Below, in pieces: positions 8,586 through 16,958 of a DNA stretch of 32,000 bases. The stretch's first letter is position 1. Each line of letters starts with the position of its first letter. The position numbers and the translations under genes are program-made. The DNA comes from an uncultured Chloroflexia bacterium (GTDB taxonomy: Bacteria; Chloroflexota; Ktedonobacteria; Ktedonobacterales; JADMIN01), in the NCBI GenBank assembly GCA_963718915.1, contig CAVRAI010000015.1:690001-722000 (forward strand), given 5' to 3'. Under the pieces are notes generated by a model. The model was not told the DNA's origin. It worked only from the letters and a program-made list of their open reading frames with translations, and did not search any database.

Positions 8586-8823
8586 CTTGTGCCTGGAGGT
8601 TCAGCATGGACTGGTTTCGCCGTCGTAATGATGAGCCAGAACAATCGCGTCCGGCTCTCGCGTTCAATCTCGCACCGACTCCACCTGCTCCCGTGGATCC
8701 CCCGATCCTTCGGCAGCATCGAAGCAGGGGAAAACCAACGCCACTCCCCCTACTTCAGCTGAGGTCAGCAAGGCCCTCGATGCGTTCATTGAAGCGCCCG
8801 ACTGGGAACTGACCCGCCAGGTA

Positions 8824-9738
8824 TTGGAGCAGCAGCAGGATGTGCTCCTCACGCTCGATGCCTGTCTGGCCCTTATTCGGCGCGTTGGCCACTCATCCAG
8901 CGCCCATAATCGCAGCATACTCAGCACCTGCGCCCGACTTCTGCTCATTGCCTATGATCGCGATATCCCAACCGCCTGGGAGTGGCTGGAGGATCGACGG
9001 CAAGCACGCGCCGCGCTCAACGCTGCCATGAAGGAGTTAGCTGATCTGCCCCCCGAACAGGCTGCCGGTCAGTTCCAGCGCACCTTCGATCAACTCTCGC
9101 CCGCTCAACAGCAACATGCCAACGACATCCTTGCCGAGGCGGCCAACGAAGCGCGTGAAGCGGAAGGCGGCAACGGCAACGGCGATGTACAGCAAAGGAA
9201 TGTGCCAGGACAAGCATCGCAGGATGCCTCCACGTTGGAGGCAGCGGTCAAAGAGATGCTCAGCGCGCGTGATGAAGCCGCGCTTCGTACGGTCATCGAA
9301 CGCCACCAGCAGGAGTTGCTCACCGGGGAAGCCGCGAGCATCCTGCGCTACAATGCCACACACGCGCGGCAAGATACGACACAAGAGCACGGCGAGGAGA
9401 TTGCGCGTCACCTGGAGCAACTCGCCGATCTGCTGGATCGCATACAGGCCGACCGTGAGGCAAAGCACCCCTCAATCCAACGATCTGCGCCCATGCCGAC
9501 GGCCCAGCCGACGCCCATGCATCCCGTGACGCCAGCGAGTTCCTTGGTTGTGCCACCGCCCACCGACCAGCAGCGCCAGTTGGCAGCAATGCTCCTCGCT
9601 CAGACGGACGGTCAACTCGACGAGGCGCTCCGGCGGGGATTGCTCGCCTGGATGGGAAATTCCGGGGTGACGGCGACCCCGGCAGAAATTACTGCTGCGT
9701 ATACCGTCTTCCTTGCAGCCACCGCATCAAGCAACTAG
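8824..9738 (+). CDS. hypothetical alpha-helical protein with an internal repeated motif; the true 5' end is probably upstream (ATG 8606 plus a frameshift near 8699-8703)
   Basis: The open frame runs 8635-9738, and the only in-frame start is TTG 8824. A motif FIEAPDWELTRQVLEQQQDVLLT (8785-8853) straddles that TTG and recurs as MLSARDEAALRTVIERHQQELLT (9256-9324), so coding very likely starts further upstream. ATG 8606 has a GGAGG 6 nt upstream but is in a different frame. Confidence 0.6.
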   Translation: MEQQQDVLLTLDACLALIRRVGHSSSAHNRSILSTCARLLLIAYDRDIPTAWEWLEDRRQARAALNAAMKELADLPPEQAAGQFQRTFDQLSPAQQQHANDILAEAANEAREAEGGNGNGDVQQRNVPGQASQDASTLEAAVKEMLSARDEAALRTVIERHQQELLTGEAASILRYNATHARQDTTQEHGEEIARHLEQLADLLDRIQADREAKHPSIQRSAPMPTAQPTPMHPVTPASSLVVPPPTDQQRQLAAMLLAQTDGQLDEALRRGLLAWMGNSGVTATPAEITAAYTVFLAATASSN

Positions 9739-9758
9739 CAACTAGCAACTAGCAACTA
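9731..9758. repeat. heptanucleotide tandem repeat (GCAACTA) x4 overlapping the stop codon of the preceding ORF
   Basis: gcaacta x4 read directly at 9731-9758. The first TAG (9736-9738) is the stop codon of the 8824-9738 ORF. Confidence 0.9.
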
Positions 9759-9769
9759 GCTATCTCAGG

Positions 9770-9802
9770 CCGAGCGTAGTATGTGGTTGATACTACGCTC
9801 GG
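9770..9802 (+). terminator. perfect 13 bp stem-loop (possible terminator or regulatory hairpin, no U-tract)
   Basis: CCGAGCGTAGTAT (9770-9782), loop GTGGTTG, ATACTACGCTCGG (9790-9802). It lies between the stop at 9738 and the RBS/ATG of the FHA gene at 9826. No T-run follows, so the intrinsic-terminator call is weak. Confidence 0.45.
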
Positions 9803-9825
9803 CTGGTAGAGAAAAGGAGTATCTC

Positions 9826-10482
9826 ATGGCTTTCCGCTCAGACAAGGCACGGCGTTCTTCCAGGAATCCAGCGGCACGCCAGAATGATGACCCATTAACT
9901 CCTCCTGATGATCCTACTGAGTTGCTGCCGGTAGTCAAGCAAGAAGCGCCTCCTCGCTCAAGGCGCAAGACAAAGAAGCGCTCACCGTCCTCAGAGGCAG
10001 CGGGAGAGCCAGTTCCAGAACCTCAAGAGGCGCCAGATCATACGGAACGCGGGGCGCCGTCTATTGAATTACTGAACGGCCCAGATGACGGCACACTTCT
10101 TACACTCACCACGCCATACACGATCATTGGGCGCGAGCCAGCCGCACGAGCGTTGTCTCTGCCGTTGAGCGGTAGCGGTAATGGTGATGCCTCCGGCGCC
10201 GAGGGAGGGGAGATGGGGCAGCGTCAGCATGTTGCGCTGGTCGCTATTCCATCAGACCCAAGACTTTCGCGCACTCACCTGTTGTTGCTGCAACAGGGCG
10301 ATGAATGGTTTATTCGCGATCTCGGTAGCTCCAACGGCACGTTTTTCTCTGCTACTGGTCAGCGAATCTCTGCGGAGACAAATCACCCACTTGCGCCGGG
10401 AGATGTCGTACGGGCTGGGGATACCTATCTGCGCCTGACGTACGCGCCTGCTGAATCACACCCTTCCAGCGAAAATTCCTGA
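9826..10482 (+). CDS. FHA domain-containing protein (phosphothreonine-binding) with a basic, disordered N-terminus
   Basis: ATG 9826 is 7 nt after AAGGAG; the ATG at 9781 offered by the ORF track lies inside the hairpin. The FHA signature is YTIIGRE...RLSRTHLLLLQQGDEWFIRDLGSSNGTFFSATGQRI....LAPGDVVRAGDTYLRL. Confidence 0.8.
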   Translation: MAFRSDKARRSSRNPAARQNDDPLTPPDDPTELLPVVKQEAPPRSRRKTKKRSPSSEAAGEPVPEPQEAPDHTERGAPSIELLNGPDDGTLLTLTTPYTIIGREPAARALSLPLSGSGNGDASGAEGGEMGQRQHVALVAIPSDPRLSRTHLLLLQQGDEWFIRDLGSSNGTFFSATGQRISAETNHPLAPGDVVRAGDTYLRLTYAPAESHPSSENS

Positions 10483-10600
10483 TACTCCTGTCAGATCTTT
10501 GCCGATCGAAGGAACAGCGTTGCCGTGAGATATCTCGTCGCGTAGCGCCGTCTATCGGATCATGCTATCGCGCATCACACGAAGAAAGTGAAAGCGACCT

Positions 10601-12685
10601 ATGACGGATGCTGGTTCACGCGCTACGCAAGCCGGAATACCTGAGATCACGATTGGCACGCGCATCACCAATTACGGAGTTCAGGATATCAGCGTATCCG
10701 GCATGGCTTCGGGAGGGATGGGGCTGGTCGTCTGGGGACCCAACCGTGGTCGTGGGGGCAGAATACAGGCGGTCAAACTGCCCAGACCCGACCGGTTAGC
10801 CAACGCTGATGCACACCATCAGGCTGCGATCCTGGCGGACTTCGAGCGTGAAGCGCTCACCTGGTGTCACCTCTGGCCCCATCCCTGTGTTGTCGCCGCT
10901 GAAAGTCTGCTACGGTTGCCAGGACTGGGGGATCTGCCTGCCATCTTTCTCCAGTATGCGCCCAAAGGCTCGTTGCGCGACCGGCTGAACATCGTCCATC
11001 ATGTGGGCAGTAACCAGGCGCTGGGGCTGCAAGCGGTCTTCGCCTGGGGGCAGATGATTGCGGGGGCGCTGGCCGCCATCCACCAGCCCGACCCAGCGTT
11101 TGAACGTCCAGATCCGCTGGTGCACTGCGACCTCAAACCGGAGAACGTGCTGCTCGATGAGCAGGGCTGGGCGCTGCTGACCGATCTGGGGCTCACCCGC
11201 GCGCTCGCCTCGCTCGCCGATACCACACCGCTCTCCCCCGTCGTGACAGGTGCGCGTGGAGTGATGGACGATGGAGGGAGTCACGCGAGCAGCCTGGGCG
11301 CGTTGAGCGCGGAACAACAGGCGCAGGTGGCGCAGATGCGGCGCTTGTTGGCACAGGCAGGAGGCGGCTTGCCCCCGAACGTCACGGTACCCGCTACACC
11401 CGCACTGCCCGATGGCGTGCTCTATGGCACGCGCACCATCTGTGTCTCGCCCGCGCAGCAAGCGGCACTTGCCAATGAGCTGGCTTCCACGCCAGGCTCG
11501 CCTGCCCAAGTCAGTGCGCCCCAGTTGCCCGCCCTGTCGCCCAGCGCGACGGCGGTGATTGCTCAGATGGGCAGCCGTGGGCATGTGGCGGGCACTCCAC
11601 CATACATGGCGCCCGAACAATGGCTCGGCCTGGATGCGGTGGAACCGGCGAGCGATGTCTATGCGCTGGGGGTGCTGCTCTTCGAGCTGTTTGCTGGGGT
11701 GGGTGGACGTGCGGGCTATCCCCACACACCGAACCCGTTGCTGCTGCTGAAGATGGAACCGTTCGCCGCGTGGTGCGCCGCGCATGCGAGTGGGCCGAGT
11801 CGGCGTCTCTCCGATCCCGAAGTGGCGGCGCTGAGTGATGGGCCACTAGTGAAGCTGTGGCAAGATGGCCAGCAAGCGCTGGCGGAGGAGGTGCTCGCGG
11901 GGTTGGATGCCTTGATTGGCGACTGTCTGGCATTCGCGCCCGCTGCGCGTCCGACGGCGCGGCGGGTGCGGGAGCGGTTAGCGGCGCTGGCCGAGCAGGC
12001 GGGGCTGGATCCGTTGCGCATCGTTGAAAATCCCCGCACTCCCGAGAGCGAAGCGATCTTCTGGGGCAATCTGGGCATCACTTATGGTGAGATGGGGCAA
12101 TACGAAGAGCAGTTGCGTCTGCTGCGGAAGTCGATCACGCTCACACCTGACAATCCTCAACGGCTGGAGACGCTGGGCAATGCTCTAGGCAAGGTGGCTC
12201 AGGTCGAGCAGCACGCGGCAGAGGAGGCTGTTAAGCAGCGAGACCACGCTGGCGCGCAACGTCTCGAAGTGCAGGCACGCGCTCACCGTGAGGAATCAGT
12301 GCGCATCTACCAGGAGGCGGAGGCGCTGCTGACTCCAGAACAGTTGGCGCGCTACCCACATCTGGCTAACTCTATCCCCTATAACCTGGGCGCGACGCTC
12401 GGTGATCTGGGGCGTTACGCCGAGGCGGTAGCGGCTCGTCAGCGCGCGCTGGCCTCTGATCCTAACGATGCCATGTCCTATCGCGGTCTGGCAATCATTT
12501 ACTTCCGTCGGGCTGAGGAGGCGGGAATCTCGCTCGCGGCACGTGTTGAACATCTCGAGCAGGCGGAGGCAAATATGCGGCAAGTGCTCGTAATAGCTCC
12601 CAACTACGTTAATGGGCAGGCGTTGCTGGCTACCATCCAGCGCGAGCTGGCTGCCGCGCGCCATGATGTGAAGCCAACCGAATGA
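10601..12685 (+). CDS. Ser/Thr protein kinase (non-RD) with TPR domain; paralog 2
   Basis: Same architecture and motifs as paralog 1: ASGGMGLVVWG, AVKLPRP, HCDLKPENVLL, LTDLGLTRAL, GTPPYMAPEQW, and TPR tail AIFWGNLGITYGEMGQYEEQLRLL... It ends ..AAARHDVKPTE*. Confidence 0.85.
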   Translation: MTDAGSRATQAGIPEITIGTRITNYGVQDISVSGMASGGMGLVVWGPNRGRGGRIQAVKLPRPDRLANADAHHQAAILADFEREALTWCHLWPHPCVVAAESLLRLPGLGDLPAIFLQYAPKGSLRDRLNIVHHVGSNQALGLQAVFAWGQMIAGALAAIHQPDPAFERPDPLVHCDLKPENVLLDEQGWALLTDLGLTRALASLADTTPLSPVVTGARGVMDDGGSHASSLGALSAEQQAQVAQMRRLLAQAGGGLPPNVTVPATPALPDGVLYGTRTICVSPAQQAALANELASTPGSPAQVSAPQLPALSPSATAVIAQMGSRGHVAGTPPYMAPEQWLGLDAVEPASDVYALGVLLFELFAGVGGRAGYPHTPNPLLLLKMEPFAAWCAAHASGPSRRLSDPEVAALSDGPLVKLWQDGQQALAEEVLAGLDALIGDCLAFAPAARPTARRVRERLAALAEQAGLDPLRIVENPRTPESEAIFWGNLGITYGEMGQYEEQLRLLRKSITLTPDNPQRLETLGNALGKVAQVEQHAAEEAVKQRDHAGAQRLEVQARAHREESVRIYQEAEALLTPEQLARYPHLANSIPYNLGATLGDLGRYAEAVAARQRALASDPNDAMSYRGLAIIYFRRAEEAGISLAARVEHLEQAEANMRQVLVIAPNYVNGQALLATIQRELAAARHDVKPTE

Positions 12686-12736
12686 TGCTGGGAGATGCTG
12701 GAAGAATGCTGAAGAGTAGTGAAGGGAACCTGGACG

Positions 12737-14767
12737 ATGACGGATGCTGGTTCACATAGCGCGCATGTCGGGATACCTGAGATCAAGATAGGCACGCGCA
12801 TTACCAACTTTGGGAGTCACGACATCACGGTGAGCGGGCTGGCCTCGGGCGGGATGGGACTGGTCGCCTGGGGACCCAACCGGGCCCAGGGCGGTCAGAT
12901 GGCGGCGGTCAAGTTGCCGCGCCCCGATCGGTTGGCTACCGCCTCCCGTGAGCAACGCGCTGCTATCCTGGCCGAGTTCGAACAGGAAGCGCTGACCTGG
13001 TGTCATCTCTGGTACCACCCTTGCATCGTCACTGCGGATAGCTTGTTACGGCTCCACGCACTGGGTGGAGTGCCTGCCATTTTCCTCGATTATGCGCCCA
13101 ATGGCTCCTTGCGTGATCTGCTTCATACGGTGCATCGTCCAGGCAGCACAGAGGCTTCGGGATTAGAGGGAGTCTTCGCTTGGGGACAGATGATCGCCGC
13201 CGCCCTCGCCACCATCCACCAGCCCGCTCGTGATCTTGAACGGCCAGATCCGCTGGTCCATTGCGATCTCAAACCGGAGAACGTCCTGCTCAGCGCACAG
13301 GGTTGGGCGATGCTGACCGATTTGGGGCTGACCCGCGCGCTGGCCTCCCTCGCCGAGACCGCGCCGCTCCCGTCTGCCACGGTACTCGCGAGCGGAACAG
13401 CAAGCGACTTGAGCGCGGAGCAGCAGGCGCAGGTGGCGCAGATGCGGCGCTTATTGGCCCAGGCGGGAGTCGCCTTGCCCCCGAACGCGACGGCGCCCGC
13501 TCTTGCCGAGGGAGCGGTCTATGACACCCGCACCATCTATGTCTCGCCCGCGCAGCAAGCCGCTCTCGCACAGGTCGCGTCGCACGTTGCGTCGGATTTG
13601 TCCAATGCGCCCGCTTTCTTGCCCAGCGCGACGGCGGTGATTGCCCAAATGGGCAGTCGCGGACATGTAGCGGGCACCCCGCCCTATATGCCCCCGGAGC
13701 AGTGGTTAGGGCTGGATGCGGTCGAACCGGCGAGTGATGTCTATGCCCTGGGAGTGCTGCTCTTCGAGCTGTTTGCGGGGGTAGGCGGACGCGCGAGCTA
13801 CCCGCACACACCCAATTCTGGGCTGCTGCTGGCGGCTGGGCCGTTCGCCGCGTGGTGCGCCGCGCATGCGAGTGGGCCGAGTCGGCGTCTCTCCGATCCC
13901 GAAGTGGCGGCGCTGAGTGATGGGCCACTAGTGAAGCTGTGGCAAGATGGCCAGCAAGCGCTGGCGGAGGAGGTGCTCGCGGGGTTGGATGCCTTGATTG
14001 GCGACTGTCTGGCATTCGCGCCCGCTGCGCGTCCGACGGCGCAGCGGGTGCGGGAGCGGTTAGCGACGCTTGCCGAGCAGGCGGGCGTGGATTCGCTCTC
14101 TATCCCAGATTTCCCCCGCACTCCTGACGCTGAGGCCACCTTCTGGGGCAACCTGGGCATCGTCTATGGTGAGATGGGGCAGTATGAGGAGAAACTGCGC
14201 CTGCTGCGCAAGTCGGTAGCGCTTACTCCTGATGATCTCCTACGGCGCGAGACGCTGGGCAACGCGCTCAACGAGTTGGGTCGGACTGAGAAGGAATCGG
14301 CGCAAAAAGCGAGAGCCGCGGGAGACCATGGCACAGCGCAGGCGCTTGGAGCGCAGGCGCGCGCGCACCTGGAGGAAGCAGTGCGCACCTTCCAGGAGGC
14401 GGAGGTGGACCTGACTCCCGAACAGTTGGCGCGCTACCCACATTTGGACAACACGATTCCCTATAACCTGGGCGCCGCGCTCTCGGATCTGGGGCGTTAC
14501 GCCGAGGCGGTAGCGGCTCGCCAGCGCGCGCTGGCCACTAATCCCAATGATGCCATGTCCTATCGCGGTCTGGCGCTCGTCTACCTGCGTTGGGTTGAGG
14601 AGGCGGACACCACGCCTGTGGCACGTGTTGAACGGTTGGAGCAGGCGGAGGCGCATGCGCGCCATGTGCTCAAAATTGCCCCGCATTTTGGCGGCGCTCT
14701 GGATCTGCTGGCTACCATCCAGCGCGAGTTGGTTGCCGCGCGCCGAGATGTGAGGCCGACCGAATGA
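12737..14767 (+). CDS. Ser/Thr protein kinase (non-RD) with TPR domain; paralog 3
   Basis: Start set at ATG 12737 (MTDAGSH..) by analogy with paralog 2. The ORF is open from GTG 12719. It carries the same kinase and TPR motifs and ends ..AARRDVRPTE*. Confidence 0.85.
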   Translation: MTDAGSHSAHVGIPEIKIGTRITNFGSHDITVSGLASGGMGLVAWGPNRAQGGQMAAVKLPRPDRLATASREQRAAILAEFEQEALTWCHLWYHPCIVTADSLLRLHALGGVPAIFLDYAPNGSLRDLLHTVHRPGSTEASGLEGVFAWGQMIAAALATIHQPARDLERPDPLVHCDLKPENVLLSAQGWAMLTDLGLTRALASLAETAPLPSATVLASGTASDLSAEQQAQVAQMRRLLAQAGVALPPNATAPALAEGAVYDTRTIYVSPAQQAALAQVASHVASDLSNAPAFLPSATAVIAQMGSRGHVAGTPPYMPPEQWLGLDAVEPASDVYALGVLLFELFAGVGGRASYPHTPNSGLLLAAGPFAAWCAAHASGPSRRLSDPEVAALSDGPLVKLWQDGQQALAEEVLAGLDALIGDCLAFAPAARPTAQRVRERLATLAEQAGVDSLSIPDFPRTPDAEATFWGNLGIVYGEMGQYEEKLRLLRKSVALTPDDLLRRETLGNALNELGRTEKESAQKARAAGDHGTAQALGAQARAHLEEAVRTFQEAEVDLTPEQLARYPHLDNTIPYNLGAALSDLGRYAEAVAARQRALATNPNDAMSYRGLALVYLRWVEEADTTPVARVERLEQAEAHARHVLKIAPHFGGALDLLATIQRELVAARRDVRPTE

Positions 14768-14818
14768 TGCTGGGAGATGCTGGAAGAATGCTGAAGAGTA
14801 GTGAAGGGAACCTGGACG

Positions 14819-15037
14819 ATGACGGATGCTGGTTCACATAGCGCGCATGTCGGGATACCTGAGATCAAAATAGGCACGCGCAACACCAACTTTGGGAGTC
14901 ACGACATTATCGTGAGCGGGATGGTCGGCGAGATGGGTCTGGTCGCCTGGGGACCGAATCGAGCCCAATGCGGCGAAATGCAAGCGGTCATGTTCCTCGT
15001 CCAGATCGTCTGGCCGACTTCGAGCAGGAAGCGCTGA
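14819..15037 (+). pseudogene. truncated, decayed N-terminal remnant of a kinase-TPR paralog
   Basis: MTDAGSHSAHVGIPEIKIGTR.. is near-identical to the paralog 3 N-terminus. The Gly loop is then damaged (GMVGEMGLV). An internal deletion and frameshift remove KLPRPDRL..AAIL. A remnant of LADFEQEALT is visible at about 15019-15049, after which homology ends. Confidence 0.8.
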
Positions 15038-15159
15038 CCTACCTATTATCCGATTATCCGAGGAACACCCGCTCACAGAAGAACACGCGTAAACGCGAGG
15101 CGCCAGCGCGCATACTGGCTCGATTGGTAATGATATAGTGCAGAAGGGAAGTAGCCTTT

Positions 15160-15792
15160 GTGAGTGATTCCGCGTCTGGCTGGCTAGGCCCTGATGAGAA
15201 CCGCACAATAGACGAGATGATCGCTCAGCCTGACTCACCCGGTTGGGCAGACTGCGATCTGTGGATTGAAATGATAGTTGCCGCACTTCTGTCTGACTTG
15301 CAGGAGTCAGACCGAGACGTTATCGCGAACAACGTGAAGCACAAGGTACGTACCGGCCTTCCGGGCTTCCGGCGCCACAGCAAACTAACGACATGGATCT
15401 TCGGCATCCTGAATCACGAGAAGATTGATTTCTACCGGCGAGGTAAGCCCCGGCGAAATGAGGCCTCACTTGAGGCGCTCGAGGAGGAATATGGGCATCT
15501 TGAGTTCATCACTATTGACCACGTCAGTCAACACGAATTCTACCGTGATCTGGCGCGCCGTGTTCTGGAAGCGGCACGCAAGTTTGCCCTGACACGAAAG
15601 GATCCCAAACGAGCGGTTGACATTATTCAGCTTTGGCTCGAGGGGGCCAAGCCAGCGGAAATCGCCGACCTGTTAGGCATTAGGCCGCAAATCGTCTCGA
15701 ATACGCTGTATCTCCTGCGAGGGTATTTGCAGCATTTCGCAGCTGAATGGTTCGGGGAGACTAATTCCCCAGATCCTCCAGACATCGACTGA
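15160..15792 (+). CDS. sigma-70 family RNA polymerase sigma factor (ECF-like)
   Basis: GTG start preceded by GAAGGGA. The region-2-like block is SKLTTWIFGILNHEKIDFYRR and the region-4 HTH-like block is AEIADLLGIRPQIVSNTLYLLRGYL. Confidence 0.7.
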   Translation: MSDSASGWLGPDENRTIDEMIAQPDSPGWADCDLWIEMIVAALLSDLQESDRDVIANNVKHKVRTGLPGFRRHSKLTTWIFGILNHEKIDFYRRGKPRRNEASLEALEEEYGHLEFITIDHVSQHEFYRDLARRVLEAARKFALTRKDPKRAVDIIQLWLEGAKPAEIADLLGIRPQIVSNTLYLLRGYLQHFAAEWFGETNSPDPPDID

Positions 15793-15866
15793 GGAACGAT
15801 ATCCCGTGAGAGCGACTCTGCTCAACGTCTCGATACGTCCGGCATTTCAAGTGATGGAGGCTATCT

Positions 15867-16919
15867 GTGATCCCTACATTCCCGACGCATACCACTGACG
15901 CGGGAAACGAGCACATTCTAGAGTTTCTCGTTGATCTTGTCGTAGGCACATCTGATCGGCCTGATATAGATATAGAGCGTCTCAGCGCTCATCTCGTCGC
16001 ATGCGAACAGTGTCGTGCTGGTCTTGCGCTTCTGCTGAAAGCTCAGGCGGAACGAAGCGATCTCTCGGATACCGACCGAAGCGGCTTTGGCGCGATGTTA
16101 GATAGCATTGCGCGGCTTGTCCATACCACCCCTGTCGCCAATACCGAAGCGCTTGCCGCATTCGCCGAGGAAATGATGATATCGGCGAATGAAGAGTCGG
16201 CACACCAGCGTTTTCCTGTCTTCGCCGCACATCTGGATCGTTGCCAGGAGTGTCGCGAGGAGCTTGCGGGATTCGTGAACCTGCTTGGGCAAGCGCAGGC
16301 GCTAGGCTTCTTTGAAGCGACCCCGATCGCCACAGCTCAAAGTAGCGCTCCCGCTCAGGAACAAGCCGTGACCGATCCACTCTGGCTACCGAGCGGGCAA
16401 GGCATTCTCCGGCTGAGGGAAGAGCTGACTATTCTCGTTGGCAAGCTGACCGTTGCGGTGGTGAGCGCTATACCAGGTATTCGTACCTTCGAGTCTCCGG
16501 TCGAGCCAGCCCTGTTGTCTCGCGAACTGGCGGTTGGTCGTGAAGAACGCCTGATATTTACAATTCGCGCGGCGTCTGATGGGATGCTCAAAACAGCGAA
16601 CTGGCTGCGTGTCAGCCTGGATCTCAGCGCCCGGTATGATCGCCGTTTGAAAGTGACGCTGCATGCAGAATCGGTGACGGCTCTGCAAGATATCCTCCCC
16701 GATCCTGAGCAGTCAGGTGTGCCAGAATCCGGGCTCGCCTGGCGGGTTGAGTTGATCGATGGCGCCACACGCCGCCTCGCCGGACGCGGCGCGACCGATA
16801 CCGCTGGAATCGCTTCGTTTCCGTTGCCAGACCCCGGTCATTATGAGCTGACCATTGCCAGAGGCGCGCAGTCCTGGGAAATTCCGCTGGAGATGCGCTA
16901 CCAGCCTGTGACAGACTAG
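15867..16919 (+). CDS. putative anti-sigma factor with two zf-HC2 (HxxxCxxC) motifs and a C-terminal beta-sandwich-like domain
   Basis: HLVACEQC at 15990-16013 and HLDRCQEC at 16230-16253 both fit the ZAS HxxxCxxC motif. The gene sits immediately downstream of the sigma gene. The C-terminus TDTAGIASFPLPDPGHYELTIARG resembles carboxypeptidase-regulatory/Ig-like folds. The start (GTG 15867) is uncertain. Confidence 0.6.
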   Translation: MIPTFPTHTTDAGNEHILEFLVDLVVGTSDRPDIDIERLSAHLVACEQCRAGLALLLKAQAERSDLSDTDRSGFGAMLDSIARLVHTTPVANTEALAAFAEEMMISANEESAHQRFPVFAAHLDRCQECREELAGFVNLLGQAQALGFFEATPIATAQSSAPAQEQAVTDPLWLPSGQGILRLREELTILVGKLTVAVVSAIPGIRTFESPVEPALLSRELAVGREERLIFTIRAASDGMLKTANWLRVSLDLSARYDRRLKVTLHAESVTALQDILPDPEQSGVPESGLAWRVELIDGATRRLAGRGATDTAGIASFPLPDPGHYELTIARGAQSWEIPLEMRYQPVTD

Positions 16920-16958
16920 TGGCAGACTAGCCCAGTTCAATGAAGGAGTGTTTCCTAC

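Noticed and set aside
9781-9825. ATG 9781 as the start of the FHA gene
   Set aside because: It lies inside the 13 bp hairpin and lacks an RBS. ATG 9826 is 7 nt downstream of AAGGAG.
10910-11785. Long minus-strand ORFs inside the kinase genes (also 7311-7793, 13290-14015, 27249-27860, 29414-30217)
   Set aside because: They recur only because the kinase genes are paralogous. Their translations are Arg/Pro/Ala-rich and low in complexity, and they are antisense to well-supported coding frames.
15062-15090. ECF-type promoter (GGAAC ... CGT) upstream of the sigma gene
   Set aside because: GGAAC (15062-15066) and CGTAA (15088-) are separated by 21 nt, versus the usual 16-17 nt. The evidence is not good enough to call.
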